From: Candidatus Caldarchaeum sp. | GTDB taxonomy: Archaea; Thermoproteota; Nitrososphaeria_A; Caldarchaeales; Caldarchaeaceae | DNA length: 64,000 nt | Assembly: GCA_038844785.1 (NCBI GenBank) | Contig: JAWBRA010000002.1 | Span: 38,213 to 102,212, forward strand | Direction: 5' to 3' | Part shown: positions 21,095 to 31,342 of the stretch, one piece after another | How the letters are laid out: every line of letters begins with the position of its first letter | Position numbering within the stretch: position 1 is the stretch's first letter | Translations under genes and position numbers: made by a program | Notes under the pieces: model-generated | What the model was told of the DNA's origin: nothing | Seen by the model: only the letters and a program-made list of their open reading frames with translations | Database searches by the model: none

Positions 21095-21941
21095 TTCTTT
21101 AGGCTGGTTCATAAGGTCTTGGAGGGGGTGGCTGCGGCTGGTTAAGATTTTGGTGGTTTATGCGTCTACCAGACCTGAGGCGGTGGCAGCCGCCAAAAAG
21201 GTGGAAAACTTCCTTCAGACAAAGACCTCACAATACAGCGTTCTTTCACTGAGCGAGTTTGACGAGAAGCATCCAACCCTCGGCGGAGAAATTGTAATGG
21301 TTTTAGGGGGCGATGGAACCATGCTCAGGGTCGCTCGCAGGATTTCCTCACCAGATGTCAAGCTTTTCGGGGTCAATTTTGGACGAGCTGGTTTTCTCAG
21401 CACTGTAGAGCCCGCCGAGCTAGAGGAAGCTTGTAAAAGAATCACAGACGAAGATTATTACGTGGAGAAGGTTATGCGATTGTCTATATATGCCGACGGC
21501 GAGTTTTTGGCTGACGCGCTCAACGAAGCATACGTCTCCTCAAGGAAGCCAGGCAAAATAATAGAATACAGGCTGTTGCAGCGAGAGCAGCTTGCCTCCG
21601 ACGTTGCCGACGGCGTAATCCTAGCAACACCAGTAGGCTCCACGGCCTACGCATTCTCCACGGGCGGACCAATAGTTGACGAGAGGCTTGAATCCGTGGT
21701 GGTGGCGCCTATGGCATCCATGACAAACCTAAGGCCTATGGTCTTGTCGATAGAGCTTCCGGTAACGGTTTTCGTTGTAAAAGGTGAGGCGCAGGTGATG
21801 GTTGACGGCCACACCACCAAGCTGCTGCAGGAGGGCAAGGTTGTGGTTGAAAAATCTCCGAGGAGTCTTTCCTTCATCTCCTTCGACGAAAGAAGGCTTT
21901 TCAGCAGACGTTTGAGGAAGAGGCTGTATGGGAGGCCGTAG
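21009..21941 (+). CDS. nadK: NAD kinase (true start probably ~21130-21150)
   Basis: GGDGT, NE, DG...TPVGSTAY. Confidence 0.9.
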   Translation: MESVQAVWLEERRLSWLEYLTKQTTLRYSSLGWFIRSWRGWLRLVKILVVYASTRPEAVAAAKKVENFLQTKTSQYSVLSLSEFDEKHPTLGGEIVMVLGGDGTMLRVARRISSPDVKLFGVNFGRAGFLSTVEPAELEEACKRITDEDYYVEKVMRLSIYADGEFLADALNEAYVSSRKPGKIIEYRLLQREQLASDVADGVILATPVGSTAYAFSTGGPIVDERLESVVVAPMASMTNLRPMVLSIELPVTVFVVKGEAQVMVDGHTTKLLQEGKVVVEKSPRSLSFISFDERRLFSRRLRKRLYGRP

Positions 21942-22443
21942 GGTTTACGTACTGGATACGACAGCGATTTTGGCGGCACAGCTTGAGCCAGGTCCTGCAG
22001 AGCTTGTAACCGTCCAAGAGGTGGTTGACGAAGTTGTGTACGGCGGACTCGCACCCCAGAGGCTCGCAACAGCCCTTTCAAAAAACATCATAAGGATAAG
22101 AAAACCATCCAAACAGTCTGTTGAGAAAGTTAGTGCTGCGGCGCTTACGACAGGCGACCTTCCTAAGCTCTCTAAGGCCGACATAAACTTGCTGGCAGCG
22201 GCATGCGACGAGCTGGCTGAAGGAGGTCAGGTAGTGGTTTTGTCAGATGACTACAGCCTTCAGAATACGGCTCTGAAGCTTGGGCTAGAGGTTGCGGGAG
22301 TGGCTAGGATGCCTGTACGCGCCTTCAGGCTGTGGAGTGCGGAATGCAGCGTCTGCGGCAAGGTTTTTGAAAAACCTGTTAAAACCTGCCCCGTCTGCGG
22401 CGGCGAGGTGGTAAGGAGGCGGAAGGCCTCCGGCAGCGGCTAA
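21928..22443 (+). CDS. nob1: Nob1 endonuclease (PIN + Zn ribbon)
   Basis: VLDTT, TGDLPKLSKAD, SDDYSLQN, CxxC..CxxC. Confidence 0.9.
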   Translation: MGGRRVYVLDTTAILAAQLEPGPAELVTVQEVVDEVVYGGLAPQRLATALSKNIIRIRKPSKQSVEKVSAAALTTGDLPKLSKADINLLAAACDELAEGGQVVVLSDDYSLQNTALKLGLEVAGVARMPVRAFRLWSAECSVCGKVFEKPVKTCPVCGGEVVRRRKASGSG

Positions 22444-22991
22444 CGCTTTGAGAGAAGGTATCCCGACAGCATAAGACCCCATGAGAGGACAGGGTAAACT
22501 ATCATCCTCTCCATGCCTCCGTGACCAAGCCCCATATAGTTACCCGATATGAAGAGGGCTAGAGCTGCAAGCGAGACGAGGCCTGCTACGGCTGACAGCA
22601 AGCCAACCAATCTGTCAAACACTCTTAAGCCATATAAGGCTGCAACGCCTGCAAAAAGAAACGTTATCAAAGACATGACTGTGTGGAGCACGGGGACGTT
22701 TTCAGGAAATATTCCCACACCCGCGGCTCCAACCCCTGCTAAGGCAACGAAGATCCTGAAAAGCCTGCTTTTGAATACCTCGGCCCCAAGGTATGCGGAC
22801 AGAACAACGCAGAGGCCGAGGAAGACTATGGAGGTGTTGAATATTGGGGCGGCAGCCCCCACACCCAAATCGCTTATGTAGTTGCCTGAGACACTGTATC
22901 CGGGGTAAACCGATTCCGCAACCCTAAGCGCCATCAAGAACTGCGTAATAGCTATGAAGAGCAAAGCCCCTGCTGCAACAGGCTTCTTCAT
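22440..22991 (-). CDS. DUF998 family membrane protein
   Basis: YPGYS...ISDLG, GGMERM; several hydrophobic segments. Confidence 0.8.
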   Translation of the reverse strand: MKKPVAAGALLFIAITQFLMALRVAESVYPGYSVSGNYISDLGVGAAAPIFNTSIVFLGLCVVLSAYLGAEVFKSRLFRIFVALAGVGAAGVGIFPENVPVLHTVMSLITFLFAGVAALYGLRVFDRLVGLLSAVAGLVSLAALALFISGNYMGLGHGGMERMIVYPVLSWGLMLSGYLLSKR

Positions 22992-23025
22992 CGCAAATTT
23001 TTGGGAAGGCTGAGTATTTTTGTTT

Positions 23026-23445
23026 TTACATAAGCATGGTCAAAAGCAGAGGTAACGCTACGACCAAAGGAACCTCTACACGGGCTATGTTAAAAGCTGT
23101 CCGGCGGGCTTTGACGTCACCCTTGGCAGCACGCGGACCGTAAACAAACGAATGGACAAAGTCTAGGGCGAGCGCGGTGTAGAGGGTTGTAAGGGCCGCG
23201 GCCTCGGGAAAACCCATGTTTTTCATCAAGGCCAAGTACGTTGCTGAAACTGTCAAAACCGGTATGGCTGTCCATGCGAGAGGGTTGTAGCGTTTCATCA
23301 TCCCAGCCATCATCCTCAACCTCAGAAGTCTGTCGTCTAGAATTCTTGTTTCGGGTATTGCGGCGAGGGTCAGGTGGATTAGCCCTCCAGCCCATAAAAC
23401 CAGCCCGTAAACCAGAGCAGACTTAGCTAGCAACTCAACGCTCAT
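23026..23445 (-). CDS. Small membrane protein (CopD/DUF4149-like)
   Basis: Four hydrophobic segments; WAGG motif. Confidence 0.55.
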   Translation of the reverse strand: MSVELLAKSALVYGLVLWAGGLIHLTLAAIPETRILDDRLLRLRMMAGMMKRYNPLAWTAIPVLTVSATYLALMKNMGFPEAAALTTLYTALALDFVHSFVYGPRAAKGDVKARRTAFNIARVEVPLVVALPLLLTMLM

Positions 23446-23975
23446 TTCACGTATCTACGTAAAACCAGTACAGTGACCTGCGCCCCGGCGGCGCTCAACA
23501 CCAGGTTGGCGGCAATAGCTCCAACCCATATGACTGCAAGCGCTTGGAGCTGGGCTTGGAACAGGCCGACGTAGGTGAGGATACTCATGGCAACAAGCGC
23601 CTCAGCCAAACCACTTACCAGCGTCCCAGCTAGGATCCTTCTCGGCTTCCTGCAAACGTCAGCATATTTTTTGCCTAGGCTCAAGTCATAAACCAAACCT
23701 GCCGCTGTAGTGGCGAAGAAAAGGTACGGGGCTGGAGCTGGAACCACCGCAAGCAGCACGAGCCCGGCAACTACAGACATCGAGGTGACGCTCCACATAC
23801 GCCCTGAATAAGCGGCTACAGCGCTCATAGTAAGACCCCTGAAGAAATGGGCTGGATAACCTCTGGCTGCGGGGAGCGTGAGTCCGAAAAGAGATGACAT
23901 CAGCACGTAAAACGCTGCTGACAACGCGATGACGGAAAGGTTTTTTGTGGATAAAAGCTTTTGGTAGGGTTGCAT
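23442..23975 (-). CDS. Membrane protein, possibly ECF S-component-like
   Basis: Five to six hydrophobic helices, 177 aa. Confidence 0.55.
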   Translation of the reverse strand: MQPYQKLLSTKNLSVIALSAAFYVLMSSLFGLTLPAARGYPAHFFRGLTMSAVAAYSGRMWSVTSMSVVAGLVLLAVVPAPAPYLFFATTAAGLVYDLSLGKKYADVCRKPRRILAGTLVSGLAEALVAMSILTYVGLFQAQLQALAVIWVGAIAANLVLSAAGAQVTVLVLRRYVK

Positions 23976-24081
23976 ATTGCGAAAAACATAAAGTATTATT
24001 TAAATCTATTCAAGATACCGCAAAGAAAAAACCTGGCGAAAAGGCGAAAGCTTTATCAAACGAACGCAGCAGGCCATTAAG

Positions 24082-25629
24082 GTGAACCAAGCCAGCGACG
24101 ACGTAGTCGTGGTTGTTGACTTCGGAGGCCAGTACGCCCACCTGATAAGCCGCAGAATAAGAGAGCTGGGCGTGAAGACCGAGGTTATTCCCTACACCGC
24201 AGCCAACGGGCATTTCTTTCCAGACAACGTTAGAGGATTTGTTTTGTCAGGCGGTCCCGCAAGCGTTTACGAACCTCAGGCCCCACGTATCAGCTTCGAG
24301 AGCCTGGGTGGAAGGCCTGTCCTAGGCATCTGCTACGGCCACCAGCTCATAGCCCACCTTTTCAAGGGTCTTGTGAGAAGGGCTTCGAAAAGAGAATATG
24401 GAAGAGTGGAGCTTAGAGTGGTTGAGGACTGCGAGCTCTTCAAGGGCTTGCCCAACAAGTTTAACGTATGGATGAGCCATTCGGATGTTGTAGAGAAGCT
24501 GCCGCCGGGCTTCAGGACAGCGGCCTCAACAGATACATCACCCAACTCAGCAATCTACGACAGCGTCAGAAAGATTTACGGACTGCAGTTCCATCCAGAG
24601 GTTGTTCACACAGAGCACGGACTTCAAATACTCAAAAACTTTGTTGTGGATGTTTGCGGCTGCAAGCCTACCTGGCGTATGGAAGATTACGTCGAAAAAG
24701 TCGTTAAACTTGTCGACGAAGAGGTGAAAGACGGTAGAGTTTTATGCGCTGTGAGCGGCGGCGTCGACTCGACAGTAACCGCCGTCATCGTCTCCAAGGC
24801 CGTCGGAGACCGTTTGAAATGTCTTTTCGTCAACCACGGCTTGTTGAGAAAACGCGAGCCTGAGTTGGTTTTAGAAATGTTGAGGAAGATAGTCGGAGAA
24901 AACAACGTAATCTACGTGGATGCTTCGGAAAGGTTTCTGAAAAAGCTGAAGGGCATAGCGGACCCCGAGGAGAAGAGAAAGGTCATAGGGGCTGAGTTCG
25001 CAGCGATCTTCGAGGAGGTCAGCTCAAGCTATGGTCCGTTTACCCATCTTGCGCAGGGAACGCTTTACCCCGACGTCGTCGAGAGCGGAAGGTCCGTGGG
25101 AGGCTCGGCCGTCATAAAAACTCACCACAACGTGGGCGGCTTGCCCCAGAGCCTCGGCTTGAGGGTTGTGGAGCCTTTGAAAGAGCTTTACAAAGACGAG
25201 GTGAGAAAGCTAGCCCAAATACTAGGACTCCCGCAATGGGTTGCCCGAAGACATCCCTTCCCAGGGCCGGGGCTAGCTGTCAGGGTAATAGGCGAAGTAA
25301 CGCCTGAGAAGCTGGAGATAAGCAGGAAAGCTTCGGAGATCGTCGAGGAGGAGCTGGAGAAAGCTGGGTTAATTGATGACGTGTGGCAGGCCTTCGCGTT
25401 CGTGGGAGATGACAAAGCAACCGGTGTCAAAGGAGACCAGAGAAGCTACGGATACATCGTGACGGTGAGGGTGGTTACATCGGTTGACGGGATGACAGCT
25501 GACTGGGCTAGACTTCCTCATGAGGTTCTCGATAGAATAGCGAGAAGAATCACTAACGAAGTGGAGAACGTGACATGGGTTACCTACGCCGTCTCAAGCA
25601 AGCCGCCGGCCACGATTGAGCCTCAGTAA
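24082..25629 (+). CDS. guaA: GMP synthase (fused GATase + ATPPase)
   Basis: GICYGHQ, QFHPE, SGGVDS, HPFPGPGL, KPPATIE. Confidence 0.97.
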   Translation: MNQASDDVVVVVDFGGQYAHLISRRIRELGVKTEVIPYTAANGHFFPDNVRGFVLSGGPASVYEPQAPRISFESLGGRPVLGICYGHQLIAHLFKGLVRRASKREYGRVELRVVEDCELFKGLPNKFNVWMSHSDVVEKLPPGFRTAASTDTSPNSAIYDSVRKIYGLQFHPEVVHTEHGLQILKNFVVDVCGCKPTWRMEDYVEKVVKLVDEEVKDGRVLCAVSGGVDSTVTAVIVSKAVGDRLKCLFVNHGLLRKREPELVLEMLRKIVGENNVIYVDASERFLKKLKGIADPEEKRKVIGAEFAAIFEEVSSSYGPFTHLAQGTLYPDVVESGRSVGGSAVIKTHHNVGGLPQSLGLRVVEPLKELYKDEVRKLAQILGLPQWVARRHPFPGPGLAVRVIGEVTPEKLEISRKASEIVEEELEKAGLIDDVWQAFAFVGDDKATGVKGDQRSYGYIVTVRVVTSVDGMTADWARLPHEVLDRIARRITNEVENVTWVTYAVSSKPPATIEPQ

Positions 25630-26424
25630 CTACTTTCCCTTCCAAACAGGCTTCCGCTTCTCGAGGAAGGCTCTGGCACCCTCTTTCTGGTCCTCTGTCG
25701 AGAAAAGCGAGGCGAAGAGCTGGAGCTCAAGCCTCAGCCCTGCTGACAAACTTGTCTCCAACGCAGCATTCACAGCCTCTTTAGCCGCAGCCAAAGCAAG
25801 AGGAGGCTTCGACAGCAGTTTATCCAGAAAGTTTTTCACAGTCTCTTCAAGCCTTTCCTTAGCCGCAACAACGTTCACTACACCAAGCTTAGCCATCTCG
25901 GAAGCCGAAACCCTCTCACCCGTCATTATCAGCTCCTTCGCTTTTTTCTCGCCGATTAGACGCGTCAGCCTCTGGCTTCCACCTCCTCCAGGTATTAGGC
26001 CTAGGTTTATTTCGGGCTGGCCGAAGACGGCGTCCTCTGATGCGATGACAAGGTCGCATGCTTGCACGAGCTCGAAGCCGCCGCCCAGACAATATCCCTC
26101 CACCACGGCGACCACGGGTTTCTGCATATTCCGGATAATGGTTGACAAAACCATGGAGGTTCCAAGCTCGTTTCCTATTCTGACCGCGTCTGACGGAGTC
26201 CATTCGAGGAAGGCCCTTATGTCGGCGCCTGCGCTGAAGTTTCCTCCAGCCCCTCTTAGCACTACAACCCTAACCTCGCTGTCCTTCGCCGCATCCTCGA
26301 GAGCTTTTTTCAGCTCCTTCCTTAAATCCAGCTCGAGAGCGTTGTATCTGGCAGGGTTGTTCAAAACAATCCAAGCAACGCCGTTCTCCTTTCTGTAAAT
26401 TATCTTGGTAAAACCATCCGCCAT
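25630..26424 (-). CDS. Enoyl-CoA hydratase/isomerase
   Basis: FSAGADI, GGGFE, PEINLG. Confidence 0.93.
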   Translation of the reverse strand: MADGFTKIIYRKENGVAWIVLNNPARYNALELDLRKELKKALEDAAKDSEVRVVVLRGAGGNFSAGADIRAFLEWTPSDAVRIGNELGTSMVLSTIIRNMQKPVVAVVEGYCLGGGFELVQACDLVIASEDAVFGQPEINLGLIPGGGGSQRLTRLIGEKKAKELIMTGERVSASEMAKLGVVNVVAAKERLEETVKNFLDKLLSKPPLALAAAKEAVNAALETSLSAGLRLELQLFASLFSTEDQKEGARAFLEKRKPVWKGK

Positions 26425-26454
26425 GCCGGTAACCCTACACCATCGAATATATGG

Positions 26455-27213
26455 TTAAGGTGCCCAAGAAGGCTTTCTCTTCTCCATGAACGCCTTCATC
26501 CCCTCTACAGCTTCGTCGGAAACAGCCAAAGCAGGCAGATTCGTCAAAGCTTCTTGGATGGCGTGAGACCTGCTTCTGGCCAGCCATCTCCTCATCAATC
26601 TCAAGGCTGCTGGCCCGTTTAGAAAGATTTTTCCAGCAACCTCCAATACCTTATCCTTTAAGACGTTTTTAGGCACTATGTAGTCAACAAGCCCTATTGA
26701 ATGAGCTTCACGCGCGTCTATAGCTTCTCCAGTAAAGACAAGCCTCGAGATTCTTCTCAAGCCGAGAACGTGTCCGCCTACCGTGAGGGCTATCGGAGGT
26801 ATGAGCCCGAGCCTAGCCTCGGGAATCGCGAAAACCGAGTCTTCTGAGGCTACAACTATGTCTGCAAGGAGCAAAAGCTCGCATCCACCTCCGTATGCTA
26901 ACCCGTTGACACAGGCTATGACAGGTTTGTCTAACCTCAGCAAAGCATCCACAGTCTTCTGTATAACGCCGAAAAACTCTACAGACCTGTCTAGGCTTTT
27001 GAGAGAAAGCATTTCAGCTATGTCGTCGCCTGCGGAGAAAGCTCTGCCTACGCCCGTCAAAACCACTGCCCGCGAATCATCTTGGCTTAAACGTGTTAGA
27101 GCGTCGTGAAGCTCTTTCCACAACTCTTCATTGAAAGCGTTGAGCTTTTCAGGTCTGTTGAAAACTATCCATGTCAATAAACCTTCACTGAAAACTTGGA
27201 GGTACCTATACAT
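26455..27213 (-). CDS. Enoyl-CoA hydratase/isomerase
   Basis: FSAGDDI, GGGCE, PEARLG. Confidence 0.92.
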   Translation of the reverse strand: MYRYLQVFSEGLLTWIVFNRPEKLNAFNEELWKELHDALTRLSQDDSRAVVLTGVGRAFSAGDDIAEMLSLKSLDRSVEFFGVIQKTVDALLRLDKPVIACVNGLAYGGGCELLLLADIVVASEDSVFAIPEARLGLIPPIALTVGGHVLGLRRISRLVFTGEAIDAREAHSIGLVDYIVPKNVLKDKVLEVAGKIFLNGPAALRLMRRWLARSRSHAIQEALTNLPALAVSDEAVEGMKAFMEKRKPSWAP

Positions 27214-27251
27214 GACCGGTGTTTGATTAAGCTGTAAATAACTTTTCCCGC

Positions 27252-28035
27252 TTATCTTCTCAGCTTGACCATCCTTATCTCAGGCAGAAACTTTTTCCGA
27301 ACATAGCCGCTGATAAAGTCGATAGAAATCACTAGGGCCAGCGTCATGGCTATGACAGTTGTGAGGCTGTTGTACTGGAGCGTTTCAATGTAGCTGGTCA
27401 TCAGAAACCCTACGCCGCCTGCGCCGACAAAACCCAGCACAGCCGATGAACGAATGTTATACTCCAGCATGAAAAGAAGCTGGCTGATGAGTGTATTCAT
27501 CGACTCAGGTATCACCGCATAACGCACCAAAGCCAGACGTGAAGCGCCAGTGCAACGCAGGGCATCAAGCACATCTTGGTCAACGGCTTCAAAGGCTTCG
27601 AAGTAGAGCTTTGAGAGATAGCCTAGTGAGTACACTGAAAGGGCTAAAGTGCCTGCGAGCGGGCCTAGTCCAACTGCAATGACAAAGATCACGGCCCAGA
27701 AGAGGACGGGGATTGTTCTTACTAGTCCGAGGAAAGCTCTCACAGCGGTGGTTACGTATGATGGGAAGATTGTTCGAAGCGCTAATGTTGCAGCAGGCAG
27801 GGAGAGAAAAAACCCGATGACTGTTCCCACAAACGCCATCTGAACGGTCTCCACCAAAGCATCTAAAGCCGGCAAAAAAGCCGCAGGGTTTGGAGGCAGA
27901 AGGTCGTTGGCTAACAAACCTAGGTTAGAGACGCCCTTGTACAGGCGGCCTAGATCTGTGAAACCAATCTGATGGGCTGCAGCTAGAAACGCTACACCAA
28001 GTAGGAAAATGCTCAGCGATCTACCGAAATTTCAA
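27252..28035 (-). CDS. phnE: Phosphonate/phosphite ABC permease (apparent 1-nt frameshift just after the start)
   Basis: EYNIRSSAVLGFVGAGGVG; frame stays open upstream of 27917 to ~28031; TTG AAA TTT at 28035 is one base out of frame. Confidence 0.8.
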
Positions 28036-28039
28036 GCCG

Positions 28040-28753
28040 TTAACCCCCTCTCAAAACCATGGAGAGTGACTGCATGTCTAGTGCACCGCCAGCCATTTCT
28101 AAGACAATCTTTCCATTCTTCAGAACAGCAACCCTGTCAGCGAACTTGTTCACTAGAAACGTGTCGTGCATCGTCATAAGGAGGGCTACGTTGTTGCGTT
28201 TGCAAACTTCAACTGTTAGCCGCATGACCTCAGTGGCGTTTACCACATCTAAATCCGCAACGAACTCGTCAGCGAGGAGTATCGAAGGAGACTGCATCAA
28301 AGCTCTAGCCACCGCTACTCTCTGCTTCTCACCGCCGCTTAGCTGTGCCGCCTTGCGTTCAGCAAGCTCGGAGATCCCCAAGTCCTCTAAAAGCCTGTAG
28401 GCTTTCTCTACCTCATTTCTTGGAAAATTTCCAAACAGGATTGCTGAGCTTCCCATCCTTCCCAGAGCGCCGAGTAAGACGTTTTGCAGAGCTGTCAAAT
28501 TTTTGACAAGACCGACCTGCTGGGGAATGTATCCAACACCTCCCTTTCCAGCCTTAACGTGTATCTCGCCTTCGTAAGGGTACAGAAGCCCTGCAACAAG
28601 TTTTAACAATGTTGTCTTCCCAGAGCCGGACGGCCCCATCACAGCAACAGACTCACCCGCCTTTAAAGCGAGGTTAACACCGTCTAACACTGGCCTAGCA
28701 CCGTCGTAGGAGAATCTTAGACCTGTAATTTTCAGCAGGAAGTCTCTCTTCAA
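28040..28753 (-). CDS. phnC: Phosphonate ABC ATP-binding protein
   Basis: GPSGSGKT, NVLLGALG, LSGGEKQRV. Confidence 0.88.
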   Translation of the reverse strand: MKRDFLLKITGLRFSYDGARPVLDGVNLALKAGESVAVMGPSGSGKTTLLKLVAGLLYPYEGEIHVKAGKGGVGYIPQQVGLVKNLTALQNVLLGALGRMGSSAILFGNFPRNEVEKAYRLLEDLGISELAERKAAQLSGGEKQRVAVARALMQSPSILLADEFVADLDVVNATEVMRLTVEVCKRNNVALLMTMHDTFLVNKFADRVAVLKNGKIVLEMAGGALDMQSLSMVLRGG

Positions 28754-28754
28754 C

Positions 28755-29699
28755 CTATCCGACCTTCTCAGAATACTTCAGATTTGTTAGAGTCAGATAG
28801 CGTCCCAGCTCCGATAGATGCTGCTCTGTGGTTGTCGGCTGGAACCTTACAAACAACGCCGACACGAATGAACGCATGAGCTCGGGCTGTTTATCTCCGA
28901 GCTCCGTCAATGCTTGGATAAGGCTAGACCTTAGCGGCTCCCTTAAATCTTTCGAGAAAACTACGGCGTGGCTTGGGATGGGGCCCTGTGAGCCGATTAC
29001 CCTCGTTTTTGAAAGCACGTCGAAGTAGAGGTCTGCGGGGATGTCTCCCGCTATCACGATTGCATCCACATCGCGTGCCTGCAAAGCCCTCCATGACTGG
29101 GCGTAGCCGCCTGTGAAGACAACTGTGAAGAAACTGCTTGGGTCAGCTTCTTTCCCGCTCTCGACTTTCACAAGGCCCTTCTCCACAAGCTTCGCCAGTG
29201 GTGCAACGTAACCGGAAGTAGATATAGGGTTTGGCAATCCAACCTTCTTGCCGCGCAGGTCTTCGAGCGAACGTATTGGTGATTCCGGCAAAGTAACCCA
29301 GTAGGAGAAGTAGTAGGTTTCGTTCACTATTTTGTCGCCTAGCCCAACCCTTCTCACCTCGGCGAGTACAACCTCCGCGTCGGCAAGCTTCCACGCTAAG
29401 TAGGATGGCCAGGCGCTCATCAAAGCTGCATGGGCGTGTCCTCGTCTCAGAGCCTCCACAACAGCTGCGTAGGATGTGGGCACGTATATTTCGACGTCAA
29501 CTCCAAGCTTCTCCTCTAGGAAAGACTCCAAGGGCTTGGAGCGTTGTAGCACATCGGCGGCCCCTAGGGTTGGCTGGACCGCTATGACTATTTTCTGGCT
29601 AGGCCTGCTATAAAGGAAAGATAGACCTGAAGTGATGGTTATTCCTATAACTACTCCAACAGCCAGTAGGAGAAGCGTTTTTTGGGGTGAGGACATCAA
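28755..29699 (-). CDS. phnD: Phosphonate/phosphate ABC substrate-binding protein
   Basis: SYAAVVEAL, STSGYVAP; N-terminal anchor. Confidence 0.88.
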   Translation of the reverse strand: MMSSPQKTLLLLAVGVVIGITITSGLSFLYSRPSQKIVIAVQPTLGAADVLQRSKPLESFLEEKLGVDVEIYVPTSYAAVVEALRRGHAHAALMSAWPSYLAWKLADAEVVLAEVRRVGLGDKIVNETYYFSYWVTLPESPIRSLEDLRGKKVGLPNPISTSGYVAPLAKLVEKGLVKVESGKEADPSSFFTVVFTGGYAQSWRALQARDVDAIVIAGDIPADLYFDVLSKTRVIGSQGPIPSHAVVFSKDLREPLRSSLIQALTELGDKQPELMRSFVSALFVRFQPTTTEQHLSELGRYLTLTNLKYSEKVG

Positions 29700-29735
29700 A
29701 ATATAACGGCGTTATCTTTTATTTAAATTACACGT

Positions 29736-29755
29736 TGTGAAATAAAACATTCACA
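29736..29755. promoter_or_regulatory. Inverted repeat TGTGAA-N8-TTCACA between divergent phnD and regulator
   Basis: Perfect 6-bp arms in an AT-rich divergent intergenic region. Confidence 0.4.
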
Positions 29756-29802
29756 GGGTTTAACAACACACATATAACACCGTTAAAAAACCATTTAAAG
29801 AC

Positions 29803-30528
29803 GTGAAACAGCCCAAAGCTGAAGAAATAATTCCTGCCCTGAGGGCGTTGATTGCCGTCGAGCTGACACGAACCTATGGGTTGAAGAACGCGGAGGCAGC
29901 ACGGCTGCTGTCGATAACACCACAGGCGGTGACACAGTATCTGAAAGGGGCTAGAGCGTTAAACAAAAAGAGCATAGCAGCAGACGAACGTGTGAAGAGC
30001 ATGGTTAAAGAATATGCGGGTAAAGTTGCTTTCAGGAGGAAGGCTGTTCAGGAAACTGAGCTTCTTGACCTCGCTTACGAGGCTTTGACATTTTCTGGAA
30101 AAGCTGCCAGCTCCGCAGTTTTATCGGCGGAGATTACAAAGGCCCAGGCTCTGAGGATTTTGAGGATGCGTTTGGCGGCCGAACAGGAGGCAGCGGAGCT
30201 TTTCCTTTCAGAGGCCATCAAGGCCAAAGACGACATGGTACGCCTCCTGTTTCGACAGGTTGCTTCAGACAGCATAAGACACGCCGACATAGTTCAAGCC
30301 ACCATCGCAGCCGTTGAGAAAGGGTTGGTTGATACAGTACTTCCGGACTCGGAAAGGCTTCGGCAACTCCAACAACATGAGGAGAGAAGCCATATGCACA
30401 GCTTTGAAGAGGTTAAAAACATGATTAACAACAACGTGGTGAAAATACTTCTCGAATCTATAGAAGCTGACGAAGAAAAACATGACATGATACTTGAGAA
30501 GCTGATAAACTTCAGCATCAAGTCTTAA
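29803..30528 (+). CDS. HTH regulator fused to a ferritin-like domain
   Basis: AARLLSITPQAVTQYLKGAR HTH; DSIRH, EERSH, DEEKH motifs. Confidence 0.75.
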   Translation: MKQPKAEEIIPALRALIAVELTRTYGLKNAEAARLLSITPQAVTQYLKGARALNKKSIAADERVKSMVKEYAGKVAFRRKAVQETELLDLAYEALTFSGKAASSAVLSAEITKAQALRILRMRLAAEQEAAELFLSEAIKAKDDMVRLLFRQVASDSIRHADIVQATIAAVEKGLVDTVLPDSERLRQLQQHEERSHMHSFEEVKNMINNNVVKILLESIEADEEKHDMILEKLINFSIKS

Positions 30529-31342
30529 CGCTGAGACTTTTAATAAGCAAGGCAGTGAAGAAGATTAACGTGGCTGCGAGCGCAATCGTTCCACCGGAGC
30601 TGACCGCCAAGTAAAAAGAGAGGTACAGCCCGATTACGGCGGAGACTACACCTACCAATATCGATATCGTGAACATCTGTCCTATTGTACGTGCGAAAAG
30701 CTGGGCGGTGGCTCCCGGTGTGACAAGCAACGAGATAATCAGAATGATTCCGGCTGTCTGGAGTGCCGATATCACCGTCAGGGAAATCATGATCATCAAA
30801 GAGTAGTGTATGAGTTTTGAGGGAAGGCCGACTACAAGAGTGAAGGTTGGGTCGAAAGTGAACGAAATTATTTCTTTCATGAAGAGCGAGAGGATTGCGA
30901 TGACGATAAACCCCAGCACTGCTGTGATTATGAGCTCTTGGGGGGAGACGCCTAAAACATTTCCGAAAAGAACATGGAAGATGTCCAGCGTTGGCCTAAT
31001 TCTGCTCAGTATGACCAAGCCTAGGGCAAATGCTCCAGTCAACACAATGCCTATCGCCGTATCGTTCCTCACCCTAGCCCTAGACTCTACAAACCCGATC
31101 AAAATAGAGGCCGCAACACCAGCAGCCGCGCCTCCAAGCGTCAAAGGTAGGTTTAACGCGGCGGCCACAGCCAGCCCTGGGAGAACCGAGTGAGAAATAG
31201 CATCCCCCAAAAGCGACCATCCTCTCAAAACAATGAAAGTGCTCAGCGTGGACGCCACCAAACCAACCGTTACCGAAGTAGCCAACGCAACCCGCATAAA
31301 CTCATAGCTTAAAGGCTCTGTGAGATACTGTATCAACGCCAT
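30518..31342 (-). CDS. Mn/Zn ABC transporter permease
   Basis: LLGDAISHSVLPG, LFGNVL, FDP. Confidence 0.92.
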   Translation of the reverse strand: MALIQYLTEPLSYEFMRVALATSVTVGLVASTLSTFIVLRGWSLLGDAISHSVLPGLAVAAALNLPLTLGGAAAGVAASILIGFVESRARVRNDTAIGIVLTGAFALGLVILSRIRPTLDIFHVLFGNVLGVSPQELIITAVLGFIVIAILSLFMKEIISFTFDPTFTLVVGLPSKLIHYSLMIMISLTVISALQTAGIILIISLLVTPGATAQLFARTIGQMFTISILVGVVSAVIGLYLSFYLAVSSGGTIALAATLIFFTALLIKSLSVKT

